64,000 nt of DNA, from assembly GCA_964187785.1 (NCBI GenBank), contig OZ076409.1:53942001-54006000 (forward strand), written 5' to 3'. Under the pieces are notes generated by a model that was not told the DNA's origin, made no database searches, and saw only the letters and a program-made list of their open reading frames with translations. The position numbers and the translations under genes were made by a program. Positions 23,451 through 36,100 of this stretch are shown piece after piece (the first letter of the stretch is position 1; every line of letters begins with the position of its first letter). The stretch comes from Amphiscolops sp. MND2022. Its lineage: Eukaryota.

Positions 23451-24457
23451 GAAGTGGTTTATCTTTCTCCTAACTGAAAGGGTACCTAACTGGTTTTCAA
23501 GGGTGGAAACTCGAAGAGCTATTAAGCTCCTTTTCCATCCCAATTGGATAATAAATCATCTTTGTATGAAATAGAATATTATTTTATTTAATATCTTTAT
23601 CCAATTAAATTAACTTATCTTATCTTATCAGTAACACGTTTAAGCATTCTGAGGAATGAAGTTTCTACAAAAAAATGAATCTTTGTTGGAGCATTACTCG
23701 TCTAACTAGAAGCGATAAAAATACACTCTTCAACACGATTACAACTTACTTCATTGGGATAATGTCTCAAATCTGGGAACTTGGTTTTTATTCCAGACTT
23801 GCACCTTGAGCAAAATTATTTTAACATTTTTTCACAATCTGTTCTGCCAGAAACATCGTCCTCAGGAAAGAAAACGTTGAAGGCCTCAAATTTTGGAAAA
23901 ATTACAAAGTGTTTTTACGTGTTGCAGTACGAAAATGTAAACTTTCAAGACTGAGTTTTTGTGCCTTTTGGTTCACACTGTAATTAAACTTACACACCCT
24001 ACTTTAAAGTTTAAAGTGTTTGAACCTTTTACATGTTTGTGTAGGTTGTAAAGCTAAATTTTCATGGTATTATAAAACGCTGATTAAACGTATGTGTAAT
24101 GAAAAATTCCAAGTTTGTGTGAAAATGGTGCATTAGTTCTGCTTTTAAACGCTGCCGCGACATCAAACTTCTGACCTTTTAATGCGAAGCAACTTCAGTC
24201 ACGTGAAAACTGCTACACAGAGTCGCCTTAAGCATGTTTATTCTAAAGCAGTGGTTACATCAGATGAATCGTAGAGAAGCCGAAATGCGACAGCAAAGTG
24301 ATCCAGCCGGTAACGAAAAGGGACAAATTCAGTTTTGATTTGAATACTGGAAGGTACACTGTAGTCTAAGAACGTTTTAGAAGCAAGACTGCAAATTTTT
24401 TATGTTTTGGTCTAGTTTTGGACTTGGGCTTCTCTTTGATTGTTTTGAAAAACCTTA

Positions 24458-25211
24458 CCCAGCGATCGAAAACATGCCAGCTAGCCTTACCAAGATCTTA
24501 TCATGATTTTCCAAGACCTTTCCAAGGATACCATGATTATGCAAGATCGTGCCAAGCGTACCATGTTTTACCATGATCTAGGCAAGGGTGCCAAGATTAA
24601 CCATGTTCTTGACAAGGGTCCCATGATAGCAAAACCGTTTTTTTGGTAACTCTTGTTTTCTAATTCTATTTATTTTTATTGCACCGGTTTCTCTCACATT
24701 CTCGAACTTCAGTAATTTCAACACGTTACCTCAATAGGTGAGGTATTAGCAAGATTAATAAATCATAGCTAGAAAAGTTGGTTTTCACACCGATATCGCA
24801 AACCCGCAAGTTGCAATAACTTGATTCGGAGTTTGCTTTGTATGATAATTTATGATAGTAGTAACGATGCCGTGCTCTCAAGTAACAAAACTCGGTCAAT
24901 AGGTGCAGCAAGTTATTGAGAAGTGTTGTTAACTTTTCAGTTTAAAAAACATTTTTCGATAAATAAAGGTCATGTCCGAAGTTATCACAACGGTTTATTC
25001 AGAAATTGGAGACGACAAGAAATATTTATGAAAAGAATAAATTATACTATTATCCAGCTCACATGTCTTACCATGGTTATCTTGCCATGATCTTGACAAG
25101 CGTTCCATGTATCATGATTAGCCATATTCTTGACAAAGGTACCATGGTTAACCATGATTTAGCAAGATTAACCATGATCTTGGCAAGCGTAGCGTGTCTT
25201 CGATCGCTGGG
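24458..25211. mobile_element. Non-autonomous DNA transposon with CCCAG termini and ~20 bp subterminal tandem repeats (EnSpm/CACTA-like)
   Basis: TA|CCCAGCGATCGAA ... TTCGATCGCTGGG|TA, with arrays of ccatgatcttgccaag-like units inside both ends. Confidence 0.7.
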
Positions 25212-27165
25212 TATTATGAAAGATGCTAGAAATAGCGTGAAATGCGGAAGTATTTGATGAAAAATACTTGTCCAATCGCGGCTATAAAAAATTACATTTT
25301 AACAAATACAATGAAGATAGAAACAATCAATCACGGTAATTCTTGTTGCCCCTGCAAAACTTGTAAACTTTGAAAATCATTTTTGTGCGGAATATTTTTG
25401 AATTTTCCTGCAACAGTTCTGCTATACTTTGCAGTGAAGATTCCTTTACTATTGCAGTGGGAAGGGCTTTGACGGAGCAATTGTAACTGCCTGAATAGTT
25501 TTTTGAACTTCTTAGGAAAATGGAGTAGTCTTTCTTTCAAAAATTTACATGCTGCACCTTCTAGAAACTATCGGAAACTATTTTACACTTTGTCACAAGA
25601 AATTCTGAAAGATTGTAGAAAGTAAAGTCATTTATACTCTTTCAACGCGTTTGAATAGGTTTCCGGGGCAAAAAATGCCGGGACTTTTTCAAGAAGCAAT
25701 TGCACTGGAGTTTCGAATAAATAGAGGCATTTACTTTTTGTACAAATCAGTAACCCCTGATTAACAGCTATTTTCTAACAGTAAACTATAATTTCTTCGA
25801 AATCAAAATTCTAAAAATAAGTATGTCAAAATGGTTGGAATAAAGAAAGTCAACCAATATGCAGTCTTCATTGTTGGGCTGGAAAAACTGATTGGCGTGT
25901 ATTGATTCATGAATTCTTGCATGCTACAAGAATCGTTGAAGTATGGTGATAGATTTAGCTGCACTATGCACTTCCACACGAACCAATTGTCCAATTGGGA
26001 GACCTTCAATATTCATCAAAAGGCCATTTATTACATAAGATTAGGAACAATTTTTTATTCTCAAATATGTAGTTTCAGCTCGTTTTCCAGCCGGTTTAAG
26101 ATTTTCAATTTTGTGACTTGTGATTTCTAGGTAGTTTGGGATATCAATAAAAATAAAGTTCGATGTGTTTTTTGTTGCGTTTTTTTTACAAATTCAGTCA
26201 AACTTAGAAGGCACAAAATGCACAGAAGAGAAAATATAAAGTACAGAGCGCGGTTGAGCTACATTAAAATCCTAAACGAGCTGGAAATCAAACTATGCTG
26301 AACTTTTGTAGTGAAAAGGACATTTTGATAAAGCTGAAGCGAGCGTTGCTCATAGTAATTTTTCCCATGTTCGGTTTTACTTTTTTAATCTATTTCTTTC
26401 TATTCCTTAGAGCTTCCATGCTTTTTTGACCATTCCATGTCACCCACCACCTGTTATAATTTTTCAAAATCAAGTAAAAAATTCGACGGGAACTATTGCA
26501 AAAAAAGCTTCAACTCGCCAAAATCTTGATTCGATAGGTGAGAGCAAAATAAGAATGAGAAACAACTTTGAGTTGTCTTTTCAAAGTTCATAATAGCGGC
26601 CTGTCGGCAAAAGACTTTGAACAATCTCTAATACAATGAGACATCCGCGGTTGCACCAATGGATAACCATTTGCTCCTATGCCAACATTTTTGGAGTAAT
26701 TACTATCAAACTGGATAAAAACAGAACACGCCGCGAAAAGACCAAAAAGGTGCCCCTTTGAATTTGCTCAAATGCTGTTTGTAAAGAAAATTCTCAAAAA
26801 CCTCACATTACCAAGGAAGTCTTATTTTTCTTACCGCTTCCATTAGTTGCAAAATATAAAAGTTGTCCATTAAATTACATTAATTTACTAAATTTCCCCT
26901 TTTGTCGTCTTCAGTTTTTGTCAAAAAGCTGCTATGCAGTCAAGTGTGTTTTATGCAGCTGATCAAAAATAAACGATAATCTGTAGCCAAAGATCGTTCA
27001 GTATTTGTCGATGATTTGAAGAAACTGAGAAAAAATAAAGAAAAAACCTCATAGTCACGGGAGAGCTGGGTTGATCAAAAACAATTCGTTAAGTTAACCC
27101 TGCTACGGTTTACTTGAAATTGGGATGTTTTCTTAGCATGACTTCACAAAATGGATAGTTGAAAA

Positions 27166-30100
27166 TTAATCTCTGGATACCTCCGGGAAATCTTCGGATC
27201 CCACATCCAAGTCAAAGAACCAGACGTCGTGGAACACCTCGTAGAAATTCGGCAGCTTCTTCGGTCTTTGGAAGCACTCGTTTTCCTTCACTTTGGGGAT
27301 CAACTCTCCAGCTGGTAAGGTGCTGAAGAAAAACCTGAAGAAGTCAGACGTGTTCAAATTGGACTTGAAATGGTTCATAAGTAGCAAAAACTGTCACATA
27401 AACTGAGACCGGAAGCATAACTGAGACCGGAATCTTTGAGCTTGATTTCAATCATTCAAAAGTGAGAAGTATTTTTAGAAAAAACGAAGTTCGTAAGTTT
27501 ATGATACTTTTTTGTTGTTTCGAAAGAATTCTTGAAAATTTGAAAAAAAAATCAAATGTCTTGATGAAAGAGAAGTGAATGTTTAAGACCAGTTACCAGG
27601 CAAACGTGCGCCAGAGAAAGAAGCGCCCCAGTCAGAAGCGCATGGATTATACAGACAAAAGCGCCTCAATAAATAGTTTTCAGTTTGAAAGCATGCATTA
27701 ACAAATTAATTCATCAAGAAATAACAAATTTTGTTCATTAATATCAAAGTTCTCAACCTGGTCGGTTTTTATTGGCAACATTGATAGCAACATTTTGATG
27801 TGATGTCATGATTGATAATGTCATAATTGGTTTTCTGACTGAGTTATTATGCTCTATCAGTACCTTCAACTCAACCAATTTTAGGAAATATAAAACAACT
27901 CAGTTATTACGAAGGCTTTTTTGATTAAGATCTTATGACTGGGCGCTTTTGTCTGTAAAAATTGAGACACTCTGGAGGCCTAAAAAGATATGCTTGTCGC
28001 TTCACTGTTTGACTGTTATTCAGACCTAGTTCGTTCAGCTGAACAAGTGTTGGGAGTTAACGAAAAGTTTCGTGAATAAAAAACACTTCCATGGAAGTAG
28101 CTGCGCATCATGCTAAAAATAGAACTGTACTTTCGACTAACTTACTCCCCGCAGTCAGGATTTTCATCAGTGGAGCAATTGACCCTGATCTTGAAGTATA
28201 TCTCGGGGTCTTGACCTTTGAAGATGCCCTCTATTTGAGAAGTGCTTCTATGGTGACACTTGAACAGCCCTATGTCCCTGGGCTCGGGCTGACAGTCCCT
28301 TAACCTGTCATCTGCGAAGTGCAAGTGCCGATCGTGTTCCCACATTTGAAGCTGAAATGGTAAGCATTTGTTTTTAATACTAATACAGTAACCTTAGTGA
28401 TGACATTAAATGATATGATCTCCTCAATGACCTCTAAAGTTGTTTCAATGTGATTGTTAGATAACTAACCTTTGATGTAGTGAAATTATGGATGAACTTA
28501 TGAATGAATCGCCTCAAACTAATTGAGGTCATATCTGACTTCAACAATAACGAAGCTTTTCCATGCCGTCATTTTAAATCATCTTAACTACGTAACTGCT
28601 ACTACAAGTTAGACTGCAATATACTTGGATGTTGTTGAAATTAGAGTGTGCCTGGTGATTCGAAAGTCGTTTTTGTGAGATCAGAAAACCGTTGAGCGGA
28701 GGACTTGAACCATTATCTTTAACCTAACTTGTCCTGAGTACAAATTTCCAGTGTATCTGAATTTTAAGACAAGGCATTCCAGAAAATCACGGCTTGAAGT
28801 CAGATAGTGTTTCATTATTTTAAGACGATCGGAATCGAGCGTTATTTATCGTGAATTTCGTGGTATCTAGAATAGTATTTCCATTTTAACGCAGTTAAAC
28901 CAGTAAAAAGCTGGTATTCACTGAAAGTAACTAGTATAAACTTTATATTCATATATGAATCTATCTCTGCGGTGAAAATTATTTTCATTTATCAAAAATT
29001 GTTTTGTTGGAAAACGCAGGTTTCTCAAATTATCTATTGAGAAGCTTAAGCTTCTCAATAGAAAATTTGGAAGGCCTGCGTTTCCGAACAAAAACAATTT
29101 TTGATAATTAACTCATGGAAAAAAATAACACTACTTTAGTCCAAAAAGCAAGTAGAAATCACAGAATTTTCAAAAACCATCTCAGAAAAACCCCTAAAAG
29201 AACAATAGTGGATATATCCAATGTTGTTCTTTTGAGGGTTTTTCTGAGATTGTTTTTGAAATTCTGTGATTTCTACTTGCTTTTTGGACTAAAGTAGCGT
29301 TTTTTTCCATGAGTTTTTTCAGCTGTGTAGCTCCGTAATTCTCTGAAATGCCTGAATAATGTGCTTGTATTGATTCAATATCTTCGAAAAATAGAGTTGC
29401 GTAATTTTCATCGTCAAAAATCTCGCCGTCCAAAGCTTTGTCGTATTTTTAGTCGTCGTGTTTTTTTCAATCCGGTTGAAGTGGCCATTCCATCCCAACT
29501 TCTTACGAAATTCCTACAAAATAGCAAATTGTTTGTGGTCCTTCTTTTCAAAACCTTGCGACTTCTTGGTTATTTCAATATCTCTGAAGAAGCAAATGTA
29601 TCTTTAAGCCCAAAGTAGCACCTTTGGTAATTTGCGGCACTATGCGATTTTTTAAATATTGACTTTTCAGAAAAGAGTTATCGTTCTGATTTTTTTGATA
29701 GTTTTAAAAATAAAAAGCAATTTTAAGCCCATTCATAGAATCCCCCATTAGGGTTTCTGGCACTGTGCGATTTTTTTTTCAAAATTTCACTATTTCAAGT
29801 GGGTCGTCCCCATGTTTTCTCGGTACGTATTGGTTTTACTTTTTACCCATATTCCATTCGGGAAAGAAAAATATATGACTCAGCCACGTTTTTTACAAAA
29901 TTGGCCATTATCCAAATTCATATTCAAAGTGAAGGGTGTCACCCATAGAATTCAAATGACATAATTTTAGTTTCGCGCGATATGTATTTGTAGAGATTTT
30001 TGGACTTTTTGGATATTACAAAAATGACCCCGAAAATTTAAATGTTGAAACGTTCAACAAAAAAGAAATCGTTGTACAGTTGGTCTTTTGTGAAGAGATA

Positions 30101-33100
30101 ATTGGTGTTTTGTGAACAAAAATTGCCTCAAATTGACCCCGAAAATGACAAAAACTCCAAAACGTTCTGATTTTCAACGTTGTTATGCAAATTTGTCAAC
30201 TCCGCGGGTTAGAATGTTGGAAACGTTCAACAAGGAAAACAGTCGACGTCAAGTAGGCTTTTGTGGAAAGATGGATGCAATTAGTCAGAGAGAAAAATGC
30301 AGTTTTTTCATTGAAAAATGCCTCGAAAAGACACCAAAAATGAAAGTTCCAAAGTTTTCCTGATTTTGTTGGTTTTCATATAATTTAGTTCAATTTTCGA
30401 AATATTTCATTGTTATATTGACAATTTGAGGTTACAATATTTGAGATTAAAATAAATTATTCAACTAGGCTCGCGCACGCTTTCAACAGAGAAATTTGCA
30501 GTTTTTTGGGAGAAAATCACCTAAAACATGCAAAAAAACTCTGAATTCTCAACCTTCTGACTTCTTAAACCGTTGTCTGGATAAGTTTTGAGCTACTTCT
30601 TACTGTGGTTCATAACACTCAGCAGCGACAAAACCTGTTATCCAGTAAGGGTTTTTGAAGGTATAGCAGCATTTTTAAAACTAAGTTTGACTTCAAAAAC
30701 ATTCAAAAGTCAAAAATACCCATAATTTTTTATCCATCTACCAACAATTTAATGGAATAGAACTTCTATTGACCTGAACGTTGCAACAATGGTGTCTTTG
30801 AAATGAAATTTGACAAACAAGGTGGGATCAAACGTTTCGAATTTGACAACAGAAGTTGGGCACTTTCCGGTCGTTTCCTTAACTAGAAATTCCATACGCC
30901 CAGGATTAAATCGTGAAGCTAACGGTAGTGTTTCCAAGAGATATCGGACAAATTATTTCGCAATATTTTTAGTCGGCGCTTTTCTAGTGAAAAAAGCCCG
31001 ACTATTACAGTGGTTAGTTTTTTTTCGTCAGACTTTTCACTCATCGCGTATGTACCACTTTATGTGAAAGATTCACTTTTACCAAAAGTACTCAGTAGTT
31101 GATTTTGAACGCATCCAAAGGCCTCTTCCTTGAAATTCAAAATCCAAAAGGTTCCCCCCTTCCAATTTTTTGGCGCTATGAGACTTTCCCCACCCCTTTT
31201 TCGGCTTTGTGAGATTTTTTTTCGAAGTTTTTAAAGTCTTCAAAGGGTCCCCTTTCTATTTTTTTGGTGTTTTGCACCTGAATGGATGTTGAAAAAGCCT
31301 AAAAAGTCCCCTTTTCTACAATTTTAAAAACTTTGCGCTTTTTGAGTTTTGAAAATGGCGCCGACTTTAGACGTTCCCGTCTTGTTTAAAACTGTATTCG
31401 AAAACGTAATATTCCTTTTCTCACATTGTTTGCGAAAAATTCATTGTTCAATGAGCTCCAGAGCTCCAAACGAAATCACCAGCTGTCATGCCAGCATGAT
31501 GGAAATATAATCTACTAAATATTTGTAATGTAAATATTATGTCTTATGTACTTAGATATGGGCAATATGATGTCATATAATAAGAGCCATGGTTGTGAGC
31601 AACCCTACGTTACTTGTACTTTAACCCCTATCCCCCCTGAGTTTGAGCTATATATATTTACTTAATACTGAGCGCTCTAATTCCGGTGTCCGCACAAATG
31701 ATCTGGCCAATAGCTTTTAATGTGCTATCTTATTCAATATTGGTTTGTCACGATAAGGGAGAGAAGTTTTCCGGTCAGACTGGACCGAGAGATGTAGAAA
31801 TAATGGAGTCTGTAACTTCTACTAGCTCCCTCGCCTCAGGACTTGTAGTCGTGACGAATTTCAGAAAAGTTCATCACTAATCCATCAGCGGACTTAGTGA
31901 TCCTACAACTTGATCTATTAATGAAATTACAGTGCTATATTATCAAGGTTCATCGCAATCACATCGCCAAGATTGCGGGTGAACAAAAATTGGGACTTCT
32001 ATTTGATTTCATTCAGTGATCCATCAGCGGATCTCACGGGACTTTAAAAATACATGAAAAACATCCTATACTCATCGTCGTTTTGTGATTATTAACCTTC
32101 AATGTGCTTCTCATTTCTTAAAAGAGCATAACACATCTATATTTCATCGTCTTGACTAGTAACTACAAGGAATGAGAAAGTACATCCTTAATTCATCCTA
32201 AAAAAGAGTGAAGTGCTGGATATCTGTTTTATTAGATTAACTCATCACTAGTTCATCGTAAATTCATCGCTAGTTCGACTTGCGTTAGAATTAGCCGAAT
32301 TTTCAGTTGAGTTCATCCTAAACTCATCGTTGGAATTTGATTCATTAGATTTTGCTGTTTTATTGAATGTATTCATCCTAAAGTCATCGTATATTTGTCT
32401 TTTTTGCAGAATTAGTTGTTTCACCTGTTTTATCGACTGAATTCATCCTGAATTCATCGTCAATTTCACTAGTGCTGGGAATTAGTTATTTTTCGAGGAG
32501 AGTTCATCCTTTTACCATCGTCGATTTAAATTGTGCTGGAAATCATTCATTTTGAAGACGAGTTCATCCTTTTATCATCGTCAGTTTATATCGTGTTGAT
32601 TTTCGAGCGAAAAGACCACCATTCATCGCATTTCCATCTTTAGGTTTGAAGTATTGATTTTAGTGCTGGAATTAGTAGGAAAACATCGTTTTCCCATCCT
32701 GTGATACAGTTTACTCTGGTTTGACTTGAAATTAGTACATTATTGAATGATTTGAGTTGCTATAGAAACCATGATACTGCGTGCAGGCAATTGCGACATT
32801 GTAAAGTGATGATTAGTCATAATTAGCGTATGTAGATGTACCATGTGGTTTGGCCAACTTGCGGCAGTTCACAACACCGGTCACGTGACTTACCAATTAG
32901 CACCAACTGGCAAAAGCCAATAAGAGTCGGCTGGTAAGAGATTTAGCGTCTTACCAGCCTGAAAAGACACGTGAACTGCTGTAGTTTGGACCGCCATTAG
33001 GGATTACTCAGACCGAAATTACGATTAGCTACTGTCCAGTTGGACGAATTACAACAGATTTGAACTAGAAAACACATCTCTTATTCATCGTAAATAACGC

Positions 33101-36100
33101 TACCTTCACGACTCTGAGTAATTTCTTGATAAATATCCAGCCGATGAAATTTGGATGAACTCTACTTAATCCTCGCTAACTATTTCCCGTTCTTTACTAG
33201 TATCCTTGCCTTACTGTAAAACTCATCGCATTTACATCTCAAGTTCAGAAATAGTGAATTTGAGTTCGAATAACAGCATAAAATAGAAAATACATCGAAA
33301 AATCATCCAGAATCCAGTCTTCACTCATAATTCCTTTTCTCCCACCTCTATGAACCCAGATCTAGGCACTGAACTCAGAAGCGGAAGAATTATTAGTTCC
33401 TCATTAGAAACACCTGTTCCAACGGATCCAGACATGGCTCAGTCCTCTGCCAATGACTCTGATAGTAACGAGACTTCTGATATCTCTTCTCAGTTGTCTG
33501 AAATAAAAGAGAGTTATGAGAGAAAAATAAACGAACTACAGAATGAGTTTAGTCAACTGAAGGACTTAATGATGGCTGTCATAAGTAAGACAGACACCGG
33601 AAACCGACAGTCAACCTCGAAAGGTCCTTCAAAGCCGACCCACACAGTAGGGCTCGACATGGTGACAGGAGCTACAGAAACCCGCTCCAACCGCCCAACA
33701 ACCAGCTTCACCAACTTCAGAAATTACCAAGAAGACGATTCAGACGAAGGAGAATCAACCCCCAGAAGCAATGAGGAACGACTACTCAATGCAATCGAGA
33801 CGATCCCCCAACGGATCAAAAACACAACCACCAACACGAAGCTTCTGCAGACACACGTGCCAAATTTCAGAGGCCAAAAAGACAAATTCGTCGAATTTGA
33901 GCACCTTCTCCTCAACCACCTTAGCCCGCTTGCCAACAAAATCACCGAGGAGAACAAACTACACTTCTTTCAAAGCCTTTTGAGAGATGACGCAATAGAA
34001 TACTGGCAATCCATCCAGATAACGCCAATGACAACACTAAAAGATGTACTCGACCTCTTCAGAAAAGAATTTGCAAAAGAGGATCTAAAGGAAGTGGCCC
34101 GTTACAAATGGGATCAAGCACGCTACGATCCCACAACAGAAACATTCGGCGATTTCCTCAAAAATCTCAAGAAGACTGCCAAACAAGCCTTCGGCAATGA
34201 GGCCGACAGAATAATCAAAATGCTCCTGTTTGGAAAACTGCCAGTCGAGATTCAACAAGAGCTCACCATGGCAAACAAAGAAGAGAGCTCCCCAGAGGAA
34301 ATCAAAACCTACCTAATGCGAAAATACCAGTACCAGCAGTACGTCGCGCCACCTACGGCAATCCAACCATTTAACGCGGTCACCTCCTCAGCACCACCTA
34401 CGATTACAACGACGAAGCCCACAACAACAACAACGACCGCACAACCGACAGAACGAAAACGATTTGAGGGACAATGTTTCTACTGCGGAAAGACAGGACA
34501 CCGCAAAACGGAATGTCGCGCCCGACAACGAGACGAAGCGAACGGCATAAAGAAGGAGGATGCAATCCCAATGAAGAAAGCAGCCGATCCAGATAAGCCG
34601 AAATACAATCCAAAATTGGTCTGCCAGATTTGCGGTTACACAGGCCACTCAGCAAGGGATTGCAGACGACGTGTCCCTAAAGAAAGCAGTTCTGCATATG
34701 GAAAGATTCCATACGCAACGAATTCACAAGATGACAACAGAACTAGAAGACAAGATTTAAAACGACAACAAAAGCCGATGAACCCTATGCAAGCAGTTGC
34801 CGAAGAAGAAGACCAAGAAAGCTACTCTGATGAAGACATAAATCAGGGTTTTTGATTCCGCCACGATTTCCACCCGCTAGAAACACAACGCGCGACCAAC
34901 GACTTTCGACTCAACCGACTACACACGACCGTCCAATGAAGAAATGGCAGCCTTCACTGGACAAACGACCAAAAGCTGACGACGTCTATCAGCGAAGACT
35001 TTCCAACGATGAAAAAGCGATGAGAAATGCACGTCAACTCAACGGCAGCCGCTTTTCTCCACTCGCTGAAATCAAAGATGATCAAACGATGAACTGGCAA
35101 CCAAACACCATGAGGCAGGTGGAAGATGCCAAAGAGATGGAAACCCACCATCTAGACGACGACTCGACTTCACACTCAACAATCGACAAACGGCTTAGTA
35201 TTAAAAAACATGCAAAACAGAGTAGTATTAACGTTTCAAAAGCTAAAAAACATGCAATTAAAACAGAAATTCACGTTCTCAGTCCCACTTTACATTTAAA
35301 CAAGAAAGATAAAATGCTGTACGTCCCTCTTCAGTTTGACAAATACGAAAACAGCGCACTTTTAGACACAGGCGCAATACAAAGTGCAATGTCTGAAGCC
35401 GAATTGCGAAAAATAACAACGGCTCATCCAGAAGCCATCCTTCAAGAATTCCCCCCTCCGAATTTCAAAATTCAAATAGCAAACGGGAACTTAGTCCCAG
35501 TGCGTAAGCAAGTCTTACTTAGATTTTACGTTGCTGGAAAAGTATTCGAAGAAACGTTCCTAATCCTTCCAACAATGGGAACAATTTTAATTGGAATGTC
35601 CTTTTTTGAAAAGTACTCAGTCAACTTAGACATCAAAAACCACCTTGTCCACTTCCCTAATCACATGATGTCTATGCAAGTTAGACAGCAAAAGAACAAC
35701 AGATTCAAAACTGGTTTAATTGATTTGTGTTCCAGTACCAGAACAGTGATCCCTCCTCTCCATCAAGTGATGATACAGGTCCACAGTGACGCGGACATCT
35801 CACTTACAACCGGTACAGTTGAGGGCTCACCTGGATTCATGCGAAAGACGTGTTTGCTTGTTTCTCCAGCTTTGGTTGACCTAGACGAGGGCAAGACGAC
35901 AATCCAGGTCACCAACCCAAACACCCACACGTACACACTTGAAGCTAACACCACTCTGGCACACTTTCGCATCCCGACACCACACCAGGCGGCAAACATC
36001 ACGCCCATGCCAGTGGAACACTTGAATTTGATCACCAAGTACCCAGATGAAGCCGAAGCAGTGATCAACCAACTGTTCGTGAACCCTGAAATGAAGTCAA

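Larger units (their letters stand above)
19567..23630 (+). mobile_element. Apparently full-length, intact CR1/L2-group non-LTR retrotransposon
   Basis: Two open ORFs, a 3'UTR stem-loop (23501-23541) and a (CTTAT)n tail. Boundaries are defined by the interrupted inverted repeat; possible TCA duplication. Confidence 0.9.
19294..23666. mobile_element. Small foldback/MITE-like element whose right arm is split by the LINE
   Basis: 19294-19363 is the reverse complement of 19517-19545 joined to 23628-23666. Confidence 0.6.

Noticed and set aside
32040..32700. CRISPR-like array
   Set aside because: The constant part is only two 4-bp cores, the context is eukaryotic and there are no cas genes.
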